DNA of 64,000 bases. Source: an uncultured Bacteroidia bacterium. GTDB taxonomy: Bacteria; CAIWAD01; BS150m-G50. The DNA is taken from NCBI GenBank assembly GCA_964501185.1, contig CAZCRT010000008.1, forward strand, positions 22,677 to 86,676, given 5' to 3'. Below are positions 30,942 to 40,380 of this stretch, piece by piece. The translations under genes and the position numbers were made by a program. Numbering within the stretch: the first letter of the stretch is position 1; the number at the start of each line of letters is the position of its first letter. The notes beneath the pieces were generated by a model. The model did not search any database, was not told the origin of the DNA, and saw nothing but the letters and a program-made list of their open reading frames with translations.

Positions 30942-31454
30942 ATGAGAGTACGTAATTTCATCCTGGCCCTGTTGCTGGGATTATCCGCTCTGGCAATCGT
31001 TGCCTGTGGCGGGAATGACAAAGCGCAGACTGAGACCAGTACACCACCGGTGGTGAAAGAGCAGATCATTGATCTGCAGGGATTCGATCTGGCAAGCTAC
31101 AGTGGAAAAGTCCGTATGTATGAACTCTGGGGAGTCTGGTGTATGCCATGCATTCTCTCCATGCCCAAAGTGCAGGAGTTGCATGAACAGTACAGCCCAC
31201 ACCCGGAATTCGAAATGCTTGTCATTAACACCGCCTGGCGTGGTGACAATCCGCAGCGTGTCAAGGAGTGGCTGGATAAGAACCCGCAGTATACTTTCCA
31301 GGTCTACTATGATGGTGAGCATGCTATCTCACAGCTGTATCAGGTGAACAGCATTCCCCGTACGATTATTCTCGGCAAGGATGATCAGGTTCGTTTCAAC
31401 GATCATCCTTCAAAACTTACCCACGAATTCCTTGATCAGTTGCTGGCTGAGTAA
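30942..31454 (+). CDS. TlpA-like thiol-disulfide oxidoreductase lipoprotein
   Basis: Lipobox LAIVAC and WCMPC redoxin motif. Confidence 0.75.
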   Translation: MRVRNFILALLLGLSALAIVACGGNDKAQTETSTPPVVKEQIIDLQGFDLASYSGKVRMYELWGVWCMPCILSMPKVQELHEQYSPHPEFEMLVINTAWRGDNPQRVKEWLDKNPQYTFQVYYDGEHAISQLYQVNSIPRTIILGKDDQVRFNDHPSKLTHEFLDQLLAE

Positions 31455-31511
31455 TTACTCCAGCTGGTGTACTGCTCCCCGGCCGTTTCCCGGGATCAAA
31501 TATCACATTTT

Positions 31512-31550
31512 AATGAGGGTGGGATGCTCAGTCATCTCACCCTTTTTAAC
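31512..31550 (+). terminator. Rho-independent terminator after the trxA/tlpA pair
   Basis: AGGGTG-n-CACCCT hairpin followed by TTTTT. Confidence 0.5.
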
Positions 31551-31839
31551 TACCCTTTAGAAGCTGTTTTCAGGTCGAAAAAACGCGAATAAGACCAGTT
31601 TTCAGGGTGTATTACACCTCCTTCTCTTGAAAATACAGTATGATAGCTTGGTCCGACCCCGGCTGTTATGAAAAGCGAACTTCAGATTCCCGAATACTAA
31701 AATTATGCATATATCTGCTATTCCCGGCAATGAATGCTGCAACCGAAAATCTTCCAGTATTATCCTGTGAAGTTGCCATTCTCTAATCACGATAGTATTC
31801 TATATGAAAGCCTATTAAGCCCAATACCAGGAGTATATC

Positions 31840-34263
31840 ATGCGAAGCCTGTTGACCCTGAGCGGAGCAGCCCTGTTGTTCTCTCTGCATTCCCTTTATG
31901 CGACCGTTCTCATTCACGAGGTTCATTACGATGTCACCGGCAGCGATAACGGTGAGTTTGTCGAGCTGTTTAACACCGGCGCTTCGGATGTTGACATCTC
32001 CGGCTGGTATCTGGGTGATGAGGAAACTGAAGGTGGCGGGGAATCAATGAGCAGTTTTCCCGGTGGCACCATTATCTGCGCCGGAGACTTTCTGCTGATC
32101 GCACGCGATGAGGTAGAGTTTGTGGCACATTTCGGCCTGACACCGGATGTGATCATGCCCTTCGCTCTCAGCAACAGCGGTGACGAGGTATTGCTCTCGC
32201 GCAGTTTCTATGCCGAATACGAAGATGTAGTAGCATACGAAGGGGGTAGTTTCCCCGGTGTAACCCCACATCCGGGAGTCGGCACCGGGTTTTCACTGGA
32301 GCGGGTAGATCTGACTGATACTGATGATTGTTCATTAGATTTCACCTCCATCAATCCTCCGACACCTACAGCTGCAGACTGTACACCCGATCCTCCTATC
32401 GAAGGTACTATTTCCGCATTCTTCAACGGCTCTGTCAATCCGGGATACGCTGTATACGATCCGGCAAACGGGTATGATGATCTAGCCAATCGTCTGATTG
32501 CACTGATAGACCAGACCACAGTTTCACTCGATATCTGTATATACAATCTCTCTTTAGGCGATATTGCCAATGCGATCATCGCAGCGCATAACCGCGGTGT
32601 CAGCGTGCGGGTCATCATTGAAGATGACAATCATAATTCCTATACACAGTCTATGGAGAATGCCGGCATTACCATTATTGATGATTCCTTCGGCAGTAAC
32701 TCCGGGTCCAATCTGATGCACAACAAGTTCGTGCTGTTTGATTACCGGCTGGACGAAGGGGACGATGACGATCAGGTATGGACCGGATCCTACAATTTCA
32801 CCTACCAGTCGGACACTTATGACGACAACAATGTGCTGGTCATTCAATCCAGCCAATTGTGCTCCGTCTATCTGGACGAATTCAACGAGATGTGGGGCGC
32901 CACAGGTGAAACACCATCTGCTGACAACAGCCGTTTCGGTGGTAACAAGCTGGATAACACACTACATTCAGTCACCATTGACAGCAGTTTGGTCGAACTC
33001 TACTTCTCCCCCTCCGATGGCGCTACCGCTGAACTGACGCAGCTGATTGCCACCGCTGACCATGATATATACTTCTGCATCCTCTCTTTCACCCGTACCG
33101 ATGTCGAAGACGCCCTGCATAACCGCTTTAACGCCGGTAAGCCGGTACGTGGTGTGTTTGACTACGCGCAGGGAAACGATCCCTACTCAGTTTTCAGCGA
33201 TATGGCCGGCACCGGTGACGATCCCTGGAATCCTGCAGCGGATGTTCACCTGGATGGCAACGGTTCCGGAATGATGCATCACAAATACATGCTGATCGAC
33301 CCACAGCATCCTGACTCAGACCCGATTGTGATTACCGGTTCCATGAACTGGTCTACATCCGGTGGATTTTACAACGATGAAAACATGATCGTTATCCATG
33401 ATCCTCATATTGCCGACCAGTATTTCCAGGAATTTGCCGCCCGGTTTATTGATGCCGGCGGGGAGCTGCCCGATGGCGGAGATGAGGTCAGCATCCATGA
33501 CATCCAGTACACAGAAGATCCTTCCGGCAGTTCTCCATACGAAGGCGCACAGGTTTCCACCAGCGGGCTGGTGTCTGCTGTCTTCAGCAGTGGTTTCTTC
33601 CTGAGTGAAAACAACAACGCGCCCTGGAGCGGGATTTATGTGTATAACAATACAATCAACCCGGTGGTTGGTGATTCACTTACGCTGAATGCAACCGTAG
33701 CGGAGTACTACGAACTGACCGAGCTGACAGGTGTCAGCGATTTCATACTGCATGAAAGCGGCCTGATACCGGTTCCTCTGACTGTCAGTTGCCTGGAAGC
33801 TGCCGGTGAACAATATGAAGGGTGTTTCCTGCAGTTGAACGATCTGACCGTCATCGATCCTGATCTCGGATATGGTGAGTGGAGTGTCAGTGATGGTACT
33901 GCTACGCTGGTGGTAGATGATATGGGCAGTTACACTTATGTGCCACAGGCGGGTGATCAGATTGCGCAGTTAACCGGCCCGTTGTACTTCGGCTATGGCC
34001 TGTTCAAACTGGAACCGCGTGATGATGATGATATTGTACTCTCACTGCCGGCAGTAACTGACCTGGCCATCACTACTGATGGCAGCACTGTTCAGCTCTC
34101 CTGGAGTGCAATCCCGGGTGCAACTCACTATCGTATTTTCGCTGCAGTTGATCCCTGGTTTACTCCGGGGCCGGAAAACCTGGTAACGGAAACAGCTCTG
34201 CTCATTTATGATGAAGCGGTGTCAGGATCAGCTCTGTTCTACCGGGTGGTAGCACTGAATTGA
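31840..34263 (+). CDS. Secreted phospholipase D/nuclease-superfamily protein (two HKD motifs) with lamin-tail domains
   Basis: Signal peptide, N-terminal LTD (EVHYD...EFVELFN), HNKFVLFD...GSYNF and HHKYMLID...GSMNW HKD motifs, a second LTD-like region, and an FN3-like C-terminus. Confidence 0.7.
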   Translation: MRSLLTLSGAALLFSLHSLYATVLIHEVHYDVTGSDNGEFVELFNTGASDVDISGWYLGDEETEGGGESMSSFPGGTIICAGDFLLIARDEVEFVAHFGLTPDVIMPFALSNSGDEVLLSRSFYAEYEDVVAYEGGSFPGVTPHPGVGTGFSLERVDLTDTDDCSLDFTSINPPTPTAADCTPDPPIEGTISAFFNGSVNPGYAVYDPANGYDDLANRLIALIDQTTVSLDICIYNLSLGDIANAIIAAHNRGVSVRVIIEDDNHNSYTQSMENAGITIIDDSFGSNSGSNLMHNKFVLFDYRLDEGDDDDQVWTGSYNFTYQSDTYDDNNVLVIQSSQLCSVYLDEFNEMWGATGETPSADNSRFGGNKLDNTLHSVTIDSSLVELYFSPSDGATAELTQLIATADHDIYFCILSFTRTDVEDALHNRFNAGKPVRGVFDYAQGNDPYSVFSDMAGTGDDPWNPAADVHLDGNGSGMMHHKYMLIDPQHPDSDPIVITGSMNWSTSGGFYNDENMIVIHDPHIADQYFQEFAARFIDAGGELPDGGDEVSIHDIQYTEDPSGSSPYEGAQVSTSGLVSAVFSSGFFLSENNNAPWSGIYVYNNTINPVVGDSLTLNATVAEYYELTELTGVSDFILHESGLIPVPLTVSCLEAAGEQYEGCFLQLNDLTVIDPDLGYGEWSVSDGTATLVVDDMGSYTYVPQAGDQIAQLTGPLYFGYGLFKLEPRDDDDIVLSLPAVTDLAITTDGSTVQLSWSAIPGATHYRIFAAVDPWFTPGPENLVTETALLIYDEAVSGSALFYRVVALN

Positions 34264-34322
34264 TTATGTTTCGTGTGTTAGAGAGAATTGATACCTGAAG
34301 TGAGTCAGCTTCCTGGAGATGG

Positions 34323-34682
34323 CTACATCAGGATTATGTATATCAGAACACAGCATACTAAACCACAGAGTGCGTTAAGGCCATCGTCTTTAAAGGCCTT
34401 CGGGGTAGATTCAGCCAACCATTTTTCCATCTCATGAATGGATAGACTGGTCCTCAATCCCGCTTTTGTAACTGCAATATGCTTCGCAGCCAGAAGCGAC
34501 TGACAGGAAGTATGCCCGTCAGAACCAGATTCCACTAACGCCATTGAACCAGCCAGTATGCAGTCATCAGCTGCAGTCTTACCACCATGTGCAGCTGAAA
34601 GGATATCCGTGACCTCCGGGGATCCGGCCTGCATTAAAGCCGGGATGGAAATCATAAGAAAGCATATGAGTACTCTTAACAT
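34323..34682 (-). CDS. Small secreted hypothetical protein (possible CMD/AhpD-like fold)
   Basis: Signal peptide, 119 aa. Translationally coupled (TAATG) to the upstream YidD-like gene. The fold assignment is weak. Confidence 0.3.
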   Translation of the reverse strand: MLRVLICFLMISIPALMQAGSPEVTDILSAAHGGKTAADDCILAGSMALVESGSDGHTSCQSLLAAKHIAVTKAGLRTSLSIHEMEKWLAESTPKAFKDDGLNALCGLVCCVLIYIILM

Positions 34683-35362
34683 TAACCTTCCTCCTCCAGC
34701 ACTGACAGAATATTGAAATAGACATCACTGAGATAGAAAGAAGAGAATATGAAAAATGATAGATAAATCCGGATACCACGGGACTCATAACCCTGCATGA
34801 GCCGATATCCAGAATAGCCTGTAACAAAGAGCATTGAGACTCCATCCCAGAAACGGCCATTGACCATTTTGTTAAACCCCGGCAGCACAAATGATAATGG
34901 AACGGTGAGCCAGGGCAGGTGATCACTTCTGAAATATGATCCCGCCCGGGATGCGTTTACCAGTCTATGGTTCTCAGAGGGATAATAGCTGTTGGCAAAA
35001 GGATGGCAGCGGGATACCCGGTCTGCTCCATACAGAATCCCCGGGAAGATGCCATGCTTCCGGATAGAGTGGATGCCGTATTCGGAACAGCAGGGCTCAA
35101 ATTGACAATTCAGGAGGGGCGTACTGAAGGATATCTTCTGCCATCCCCTGATGGCCAGAATCGCCGGATTCCAACTCTCATTAATGCCCGGACTACTATC
35201 CTCAGTGAGCCATTGACCGGGTTGTGCCATTGTCTCGATCTTCAGCCTATCACCCGTTTTCTTCACAGCGACAGCGTCGGACGAAAAGAGGAACAGAGTA
35301 AACAGAATTGATAGAATATTGACCGGGCGGAGTGTGTTGTGTCTGAAGCGCACTATTCTCAC
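34682..35362 (-). CDS. YidD-domain (membrane protein insertion efficiency factor-like) fusion protein
   Basis: ISFSTPLLNCQFEPCCSEYGIHSIRKHGIFPGILYGADRVSRCHPF matches the YidD core (CRFxPSCSxY...RCHP). N-terminal signal/TM segment and a ~100-aa C-terminal extension with two TM helices. Confidence 0.65.
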   Translation of the reverse strand: MRIVRFRHNTLRPVNILSILFTLFLFSSDAVAVKKTGDRLKIETMAQPGQWLTEDSSPGINESWNPAILAIRGWQKISFSTPLLNCQFEPCCSEYGIHSIRKHGIFPGILYGADRVSRCHPFANSYYPSENHRLVNASRAGSYFRSDHLPWLTVPLSFVLPGFNKMVNGRFWDGVSMLFVTGYSGYRLMQGYESRGIRIYLSFFIFSSFYLSDVYFNILSVLEEEG

Positions 35363-36207
35363 ATCTCTTCTGCGTTCAGGGAAACCGTCTCCACAGGGGG
35401 GATCAGCTTATACATCTCCTCATCGTCGAGGTAGGATTCGATAACAGGGTGGGGCATGTTAGCCAGCTGCTGCAGAATACCACCCAGTTTGTATGTCTCT
35501 GCCAGAATGCTATCGAGCTTCTGGCGGGCGGGATCCTTATCCGCCAGTTTCAGCAACAGCATTTCCGCATTACCGGCGATAGCTGTCAGCGGATTGTTGA
35601 TCTCATGATTCAGGGTTGTCACCATGCGGCTGATGGTCTTGAGTTGTTCCTGCTCCAGCAGTTGAGCCTGCATCTTGCGTAATCGTGCGTAACTGCTCTG
35701 CAACTCCTGATGCGAACGGCGCAGACGCTTAACCAGCTCCAGGTTCCGAATTATAAGTGCCGCCTGGCTTCCCAGCACACTCAACATGTCCAGGTCAAGC
35801 CTGATGAAGGCTTCCGGCTCCCGGTGCCCGAAGTTGAGTACCCCGATCAACTCTTCTTCAATCACCAGCGGGATTGAAACAAAAGAGCGCCAGCTGTCTT
35901 TCTCCTGCTGATGTCGGCGCTGAATATCATTGAGTAGCAGCGGCTGCCGGCGTCGTGCAATCCATCCGGCCAATCCCTCACCCATATCGAAACTGACCGG
36001 CATAATCAGATTGACTTCCCGGCCGATTCTGGCGGCACATTCAAGCTGTCTATCCCCCTCCTTGAAGAGGTAGAGTGTCGCATCCTGCCAGGGAATCACT
36101 TCCCGGGTCAGCTGCAGTAACGCTTCCGGCATAGTTGCAGGATCGTGAGTGGTCTGAATCAACCCACTCAGCTGCGCCAGCATATCCAGTGCTTTCTTAC
36201 CGTTCAT
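35359..36207 (-). CDS. GAF-domain sensor with HisKA phosphoacceptor domain but no HATPase domain
   Basis: GAF-like N-terminus, H-box LNHEINNPLTAI, and the protein ends ~60 aa later. Confidence 0.6.
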   Translation of the reverse strand: MNGKKALDMLAQLSGLIQTTHDPATMPEALLQLTREVIPWQDATLYLFKEGDRQLECAARIGREVNLIMPVSFDMGEGLAGWIARRRQPLLLNDIQRRHQQEKDSWRSFVSIPLVIEEELIGVLNFGHREPEAFIRLDLDMLSVLGSQAALIIRNLELVKRLRRSHQELQSSYARLRKMQAQLLEQEQLKTISRMVTTLNHEINNPLTAIAGNAEMLLLKLADKDPARQKLDSILAETYKLGGILQQLANMPHPVIESYLDDEEMYKLIPPVETVSLNAEEM

Positions 36208-36224
36208 ATGATTATAACCACTTC

Positions 36225-36488
36225 CTACATCCTGCCGTCAACACCACCATCACGCATCGTTCCGATCCGTTTCAACCTGATGGTCGGCCGCAGTTTTTCC
36301 ACCAGCAGGATAATTCTCTCACCAATCTGTAATGTCTCACGGCTGGTAAACGGCAGTGTTACACCAGCCAGAGCAATATCCCAACTGCCATCCTGCCGGT
36401 GTTCTTTTACCAGTGCTGTCAGAATTTGTCCCTGTCGCAACTTACTGCGCAGCTTCTCTAAACCATTCTCACTCGTTTGCAGAGACAA
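36225..36488 (-). CDS. Small hypothetical protein (87 aa) within the flagellar/signalling operon
   Basis: Co-directional and tightly spaced with its neighbours. No recognisable motif. Confidence 0.3.
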   Translation of the reverse strand: MSLQTSENGLEKLRSKLRQGQILTALVKEHRQDGSWDIALAGVTLPFTSRETLQIGERIILLVEKLRPTIRLKRIGTMRDGGVDGRM

Positions 36489-36490
36489 CG

Positions 36491-37768
36491 TCAGCTTTCA
36501 TTTTCCTGAGATTCCTCATCCTCTTTTTCAGACGGGGAATTACTTTCCTGATGGCGCATCTGCAGAATCAGTCGAACTTCATCCTGGCTGAGCCCGAGCG
36601 TGCCGGCGATTTCCGCGGTTCCCTTTTTCTTGTCAGCCAGCCGATAGACTTCCTTGTCACGCTCATAGCCCGGCTTGTCTTCCCCCTTTCCGTCAGCTGG
36701 CCTGTCCTCGTCTGCTGCAGGGGATGATGTTTCATCTCCGGCGGATTTCTTCTTTTCATCCTTTTTTTTGCGGGCCTTCCTGCCTTTGGCCTCTTTGTCC
36801 GGGGTGGCTTCATCTTCTGTATCAGAGTCGGAATCAAAACTGGCGAGGTGCTTTCTTTCGACCATTTTATGGCGTACCAGTAAACCAGCACCAACCAGGA
36901 TCAGTCCAACCAGTCCAGCCAGCAACAGTTTCAGACTCAGTTCCGGTATCCCGCCGGCCCCCTCTGGATTGTCCGTATTTGATTCTGATGCTGATTCCTG
37001 ACTGCTGATGCTGTTGTCATAGCCAGCCAGCATTCTGGCCACCACTACGCCATAGGTTGGTTTAAGCAGTAATGGATCCAGATGAGCGTATGCTTCCTCA
37101 GTGTTTTTACCGGTCAGATAGATAGATCCAAGCCGGAAGTGGAGTGTGTCTGCGTCAGGCCGGGTAACAAGTTCCTTCTCGAGAATGCGACAGGCCGTTT
37201 CCGGGTCTCCTGCCTGCTCCAGAGTGGCAACAATCTCAAGCAGCTGCAGCAGTTCCTCATGACTGAGATCAGGAGCTTCCTCTGCCCTGTCTGTCTGCTC
37301 AGGGGAAGGTGATGATGAATCTTTCCTGACTTCTGTTCTGGCAGGTTCCGGTGGAGTGGCTTCTGCTTCCCTGGTTGCGGGGGCACCACTACTACGGTGC
37401 AGGCAGTCAACTACGAAACGGAATCCGCTTCCACCACCCTGACGAAAAGCGTGAACTTCCAGCACATCGCTGAGGTCCAGGCGGTAGACCAGACGGTCCG
37501 GTGCAACATCATGAAGGTTTATCTGCAGCAGGTGTGGACTCACTGGTTGCTGCAGGTGCTTTGCCAGAAGCTGGATATTACCATGGAGAATTACATCGAT
37601 ATAACCCTGATCCAGGTGGCGTTCAATTTCTACCGGTGTTCTCTCTGTCAGATCAAAAACAATCCGGTAGTAGGTTTCATGTGGTGCATGCCGGATGTCA
37701 AGCAGTTGTGGTACAGCCTGAACGGACTGAACCAGTATCAGCAACCCTATCAATCGTAACAACAGCAT
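36491..37768 (-). CDS. AMIN-domain/TPR-like membrane protein with charged C-terminal tail
   Basis: Signal peptide; AMIN-like YYRIVFDLTERTPV...YIDVIL; a TM helix near residue 290; K/E/D-rich tail with an HTH-like GTAEIAGTLGLSQDEVRLI segment. Confidence 0.45.
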   Translation of the reverse strand: MLLLRLIGLLILVQSVQAVPQLLDIRHAPHETYYRIVFDLTERTPVEIERHLDQGYIDVILHGNIQLLAKHLQQPVSPHLLQINLHDVAPDRLVYRLDLSDVLEVHAFRQGGGSGFRFVVDCLHRSSGAPATREAEATPPEPARTEVRKDSSSPSPEQTDRAEEAPDLSHEELLQLLEIVATLEQAGDPETACRILEKELVTRPDADTLHFRLGSIYLTGKNTEEAYAHLDPLLLKPTYGVVVARMLAGYDNSISSQESASESNTDNPEGAGGIPELSLKLLLAGLVGLILVGAGLLVRHKMVERKHLASFDSDSDTEDEATPDKEAKGRKARKKKDEKKKSAGDETSSPAADEDRPADGKGEDKPGYERDKEVYRLADKKKGTAEIAGTLGLSQDEVRLILQMRHQESNSPSEKEDEESQENES

Positions 37769-37776
37769 GAATAACC

Positions 37777-39024
37777 TCAGTTCTGATCTTCCGGTGGCTT
37801 ATCCTGTTCACCGGTCTCATTCCTGTCAGGACGCAGGTTGAGCATCTTTAAGTCTCCCAGGTAGTTGACCGATTCCAGTGATTCAAGTTGTTCGAATCTT
37901 TGTATCACGTCAGCTATCCGGTCACTGTTTTCCATCAGGGTCTGCAATCGCTCTCTGTCCTTCTGGCGCATCGGGGAATCTTTATCATTCAGCATGAGAT
38001 AGAGCTGACTCTTGATGGTGGTCAGAGGATTATTGATCTCATGACTGACCGCTATGGCAGCTTCACTCAGCAGTTGAAATTTCTCTGCGAAGCGCGCTTT
38101 TTCCTGCAACTGCCGTGTCTCGGTCATATCTCGCACCAGCAGCATTGATCTGTTCTGCATCTCTACCTGCAGCGGAGTGACAGTGATATCAGTTTCCAGC
38201 TTCTGTTGCTGGTCATTAATCAGGGTTGCTTCCAGTCGCCCTGTTTTGCGTGAAGCGAGTAGTTGCTGCAGCTGTTTCTGCTGCTTTCTCTCAATCAGCA
38301 GATCGATAAAATCGCGATGCAGAAACTTGTCTTTACTCCAACCCATTCTCACGATTGCAGGATTGGCAAATTGAATTGATCCCTCTTCGTCCAGCAGGAT
38401 TACCGCCTCCTGAGCTTGAGTGATCAGAGTATCCAGAAAGGCGCTGGTTCGTTCAATTTTCTGGTAGAGCAGGGAATTCTGCAAGGCCACAGCTGCCTGG
38501 TTGACCGTGTAGAAAATTGTATCCAGGCTATGCTGTGTGATTGTATCACGAACAGCAGAAGTCGTGCAGATGAAAAATCCGATCCCCTGACCACCGACAG
38601 CCAGTGGTACAACCAGGAAAGAAAGCTGTTGACCGGAATCATCGCTCTCTTCCTGTATCACATCAATATCCGGAACCAGTATTGCGCGCTGTTCACCCTG
38701 TATCCAATCGATGATACCGTCACTGATCATACCGGGAACAGCACTTGTGAGCGCTTTTTCCGGGCTTCCAAAGCAGACCGGCTTATCGCTTTCGGTCATC
38801 AGATACACTGCACATGAATCAAAATCTACCAGTCGGGCGACAACTCCGAAGAGTGCTTCTACCACATAATCCGGTTCCACGGCGGAGCGTATTGTCTCCG
38901 ATAGCTGCTGGATCTCCTTGAACTCACCCAGTGACTCACGAAGTGCATCCCGGGTATGAGCAGCTGTAATCAGTTCCTGACGCAGCTGTTCAAGATCGGA
39001 CCTGTCACTCTTCCGCTTGTCCAT
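37777..39024 (-). CDS. GAF/PAS sensor with HisKA domain but no HATPase domain
   Basis: GAF and PAS-like segments, H-box SHEINNPLTTI, terminates shortly after. Start is moved to MDKRK to avoid overlap with the upstream gene. Confidence 0.6.
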   Translation of the reverse strand: MDKRKSDRSDLEQLRQELITAAHTRDALRESLGEFKEIQQLSETIRSAVEPDYVVEALFGVVARLVDFDSCAVYLMTESDKPVCFGSPEKALTSAVPGMISDGIIDWIQGEQRAILVPDIDVIQEESDDSGQQLSFLVVPLAVGGQGIGFFICTTSAVRDTITQHSLDTIFYTVNQAAVALQNSLLYQKIERTSAFLDTLITQAQEAVILLDEEGSIQFANPAIVRMGWSKDKFLHRDFIDLLIERKQQKQLQQLLASRKTGRLEATLINDQQQKLETDITVTPLQVEMQNRSMLLVRDMTETRQLQEKARFAEKFQLLSEAAIAVSHEINNPLTTIKSQLYLMLNDKDSPMRQKDRERLQTLMENSDRIADVIQRFEQLESLESVNYLGDLKMLNLRPDRNETGEQDKPPEDQN

Positions 39025-39037
39025 GGATCTGCCTGTT

Positions 39038-40000
39038 CTAGCTGTTGCCGGTACGGTTCTCGCTGCCCCAGGCGTAATAATCAGACTCCGGGACATCTCT
39101 ACCCTGAATTATACTGCGGAACGCATTAGCACGTTCGAACTCCTCCCTGAAGAGATCAGTATAATGATCAATATCGACTTCACCCTGTGGGGTGCGATGC
39201 AGTTGCAGGAGGTTTGCCACCGGTTCTGCCACTCCCCAGATTTTCCCCTCCTGCGCATAGTGCGGATGCAGGCGCCGTGTAAGAAAATCAGCGAAATAGG
39301 TTATTGCAGTAAGCTGAGACAGTTCCTCTTCCAGCAGTGGCTGATGATGATAACGAATGGCATCGACTATCTGCTCCGGCAGATTCCAGCGCCGGGTCAG
39401 CAATCCTCCGATTTCTGCGTGGCACAATCCCAGAATTTCCTTCTCCGCTTCCCAGAGCAGGTAGTCCTTCTTCTCCTGTAATCGCTGGATCTCAGTGAAC
39501 TCCTGTGGCAGGTAGCGTACAATGACCAGCCGTCCGATATCGTGCAGCAATCCGGTCACAAATGCTTCACCGACTACACGATAGTTACCTTCCCTGCTTA
39601 TCATCCTGGCGGCAATTGCAGTACCGATAGAGTGTTCCCAGAATCCGGTCATATCAAATCCGGTGACTTCATGGCTGATATTGAATCGATCCACCAGCGA
39701 AGAGCTGACACCGAGATCTTTGACCGTGTTGAAGCCGAGTACAACTATTGCCAGGTTGATAGTGCCGATACGGCGTGGAAAGCCATAGAAAGCAGAGTTA
39801 GCCAGCTTCAGCATCCGGGCAGTCAGGCCGGGATCGGTTGCGATCAGACGGGAGAGTGTCGCCGCGTTTGTCTTCGGATTATCCACCAGTTCGACAATTT
39901 TGGAGACAACCATCGGTAGTGACGGTAGATCGAGAATACCATCGGCAATTGCTCTCACTCTGTCAGCTTTGGTTAACGGGGCAACTTGGGAAGGGGGCAT
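39038..40000 (-). CDS. HDOD-domain signalling protein
   Basis: LPSLPMVVSKIVELV...ATDPGLTARMLKLANSAFYG and a downstream HD-like HDIG...HH region. Confidence 0.8.
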   Translation of the reverse strand: MPPSQVAPLTKADRVRAIADGILDLPSLPMVVSKIVELVDNPKTNAATLSRLIATDPGLTARMLKLANSAFYGFPRRIGTINLAIVVLGFNTVKDLGVSSSLVDRFNISHEVTGFDMTGFWEHSIGTAIAARMISREGNYRVVGEAFVTGLLHDIGRLVIVRYLPQEFTEIQRLQEKKDYLLWEAEKEILGLCHAEIGGLLTRRWNLPEQIVDAIRYHHQPLLEEELSQLTAITYFADFLTRRLHPHYAQEGKIWGVAEPVANLLQLHRTPQGEVDIDHYTDLFREEFERANAFRSIIQGRDVPESDYYAWGSENRTGNS

Positions 40001-40002
40001 AT

Positions 40003-40365
40003 TCAGGCTTTCACATCAATTTCATGGTCTGGTCCGGGCCGGCTTTTCTCCGGTTCAGTTTCAGTTGTCTCTTCCCGGTCTGACTCTTTTTTATGTTGCT
40101 TACGAATGAACTTCTTCTGCTTCTCACTGTCGGCTTTGGCCCGGTAGTCTTCTTCCGCTTCCTGGGCTTTTCGCAACCGCGCTTTCGCTTTCTCTTCATC
40201 TGCGGCAGCATTAGCGACCTGGTGCTGCAGAGCCTGTTGACGCATTGCTTCCTGAAGACGCTCGATCAGTTTTGTCTTGGAGAAGTTATCCTGCAGGTCG
40301 ATAGAGCGTATCATTGATTCACTACTCTTTTCAGCAACGATATCAACAGCTCCCGCTGCTGACAC
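40003..40365 (-). CDS. Highly charged coiled-coil hypothetical protein downstream of fliA
   Basis: 120 aa, K/E-rich. Confidence 0.35.
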   Translation of the reverse strand: MSAAGAVDIVAEKSSESMIRSIDLQDNFSKTKLIERLQEAMRQQALQHQVANAAADEEKAKARLRKAQEAEEDYRAKADSEKQKKFIRKQHKKESDREETTETEPEKSRPGPDHEIDVKA

Positions 40366-40380
40366 GTCGGTGAATTTGTA

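Noticed and set aside
36145-36591. Plus-strand ORFs of 65-148 aa
   Set aside because: They overlap well-supported minus-strand operon genes and lack motifs.
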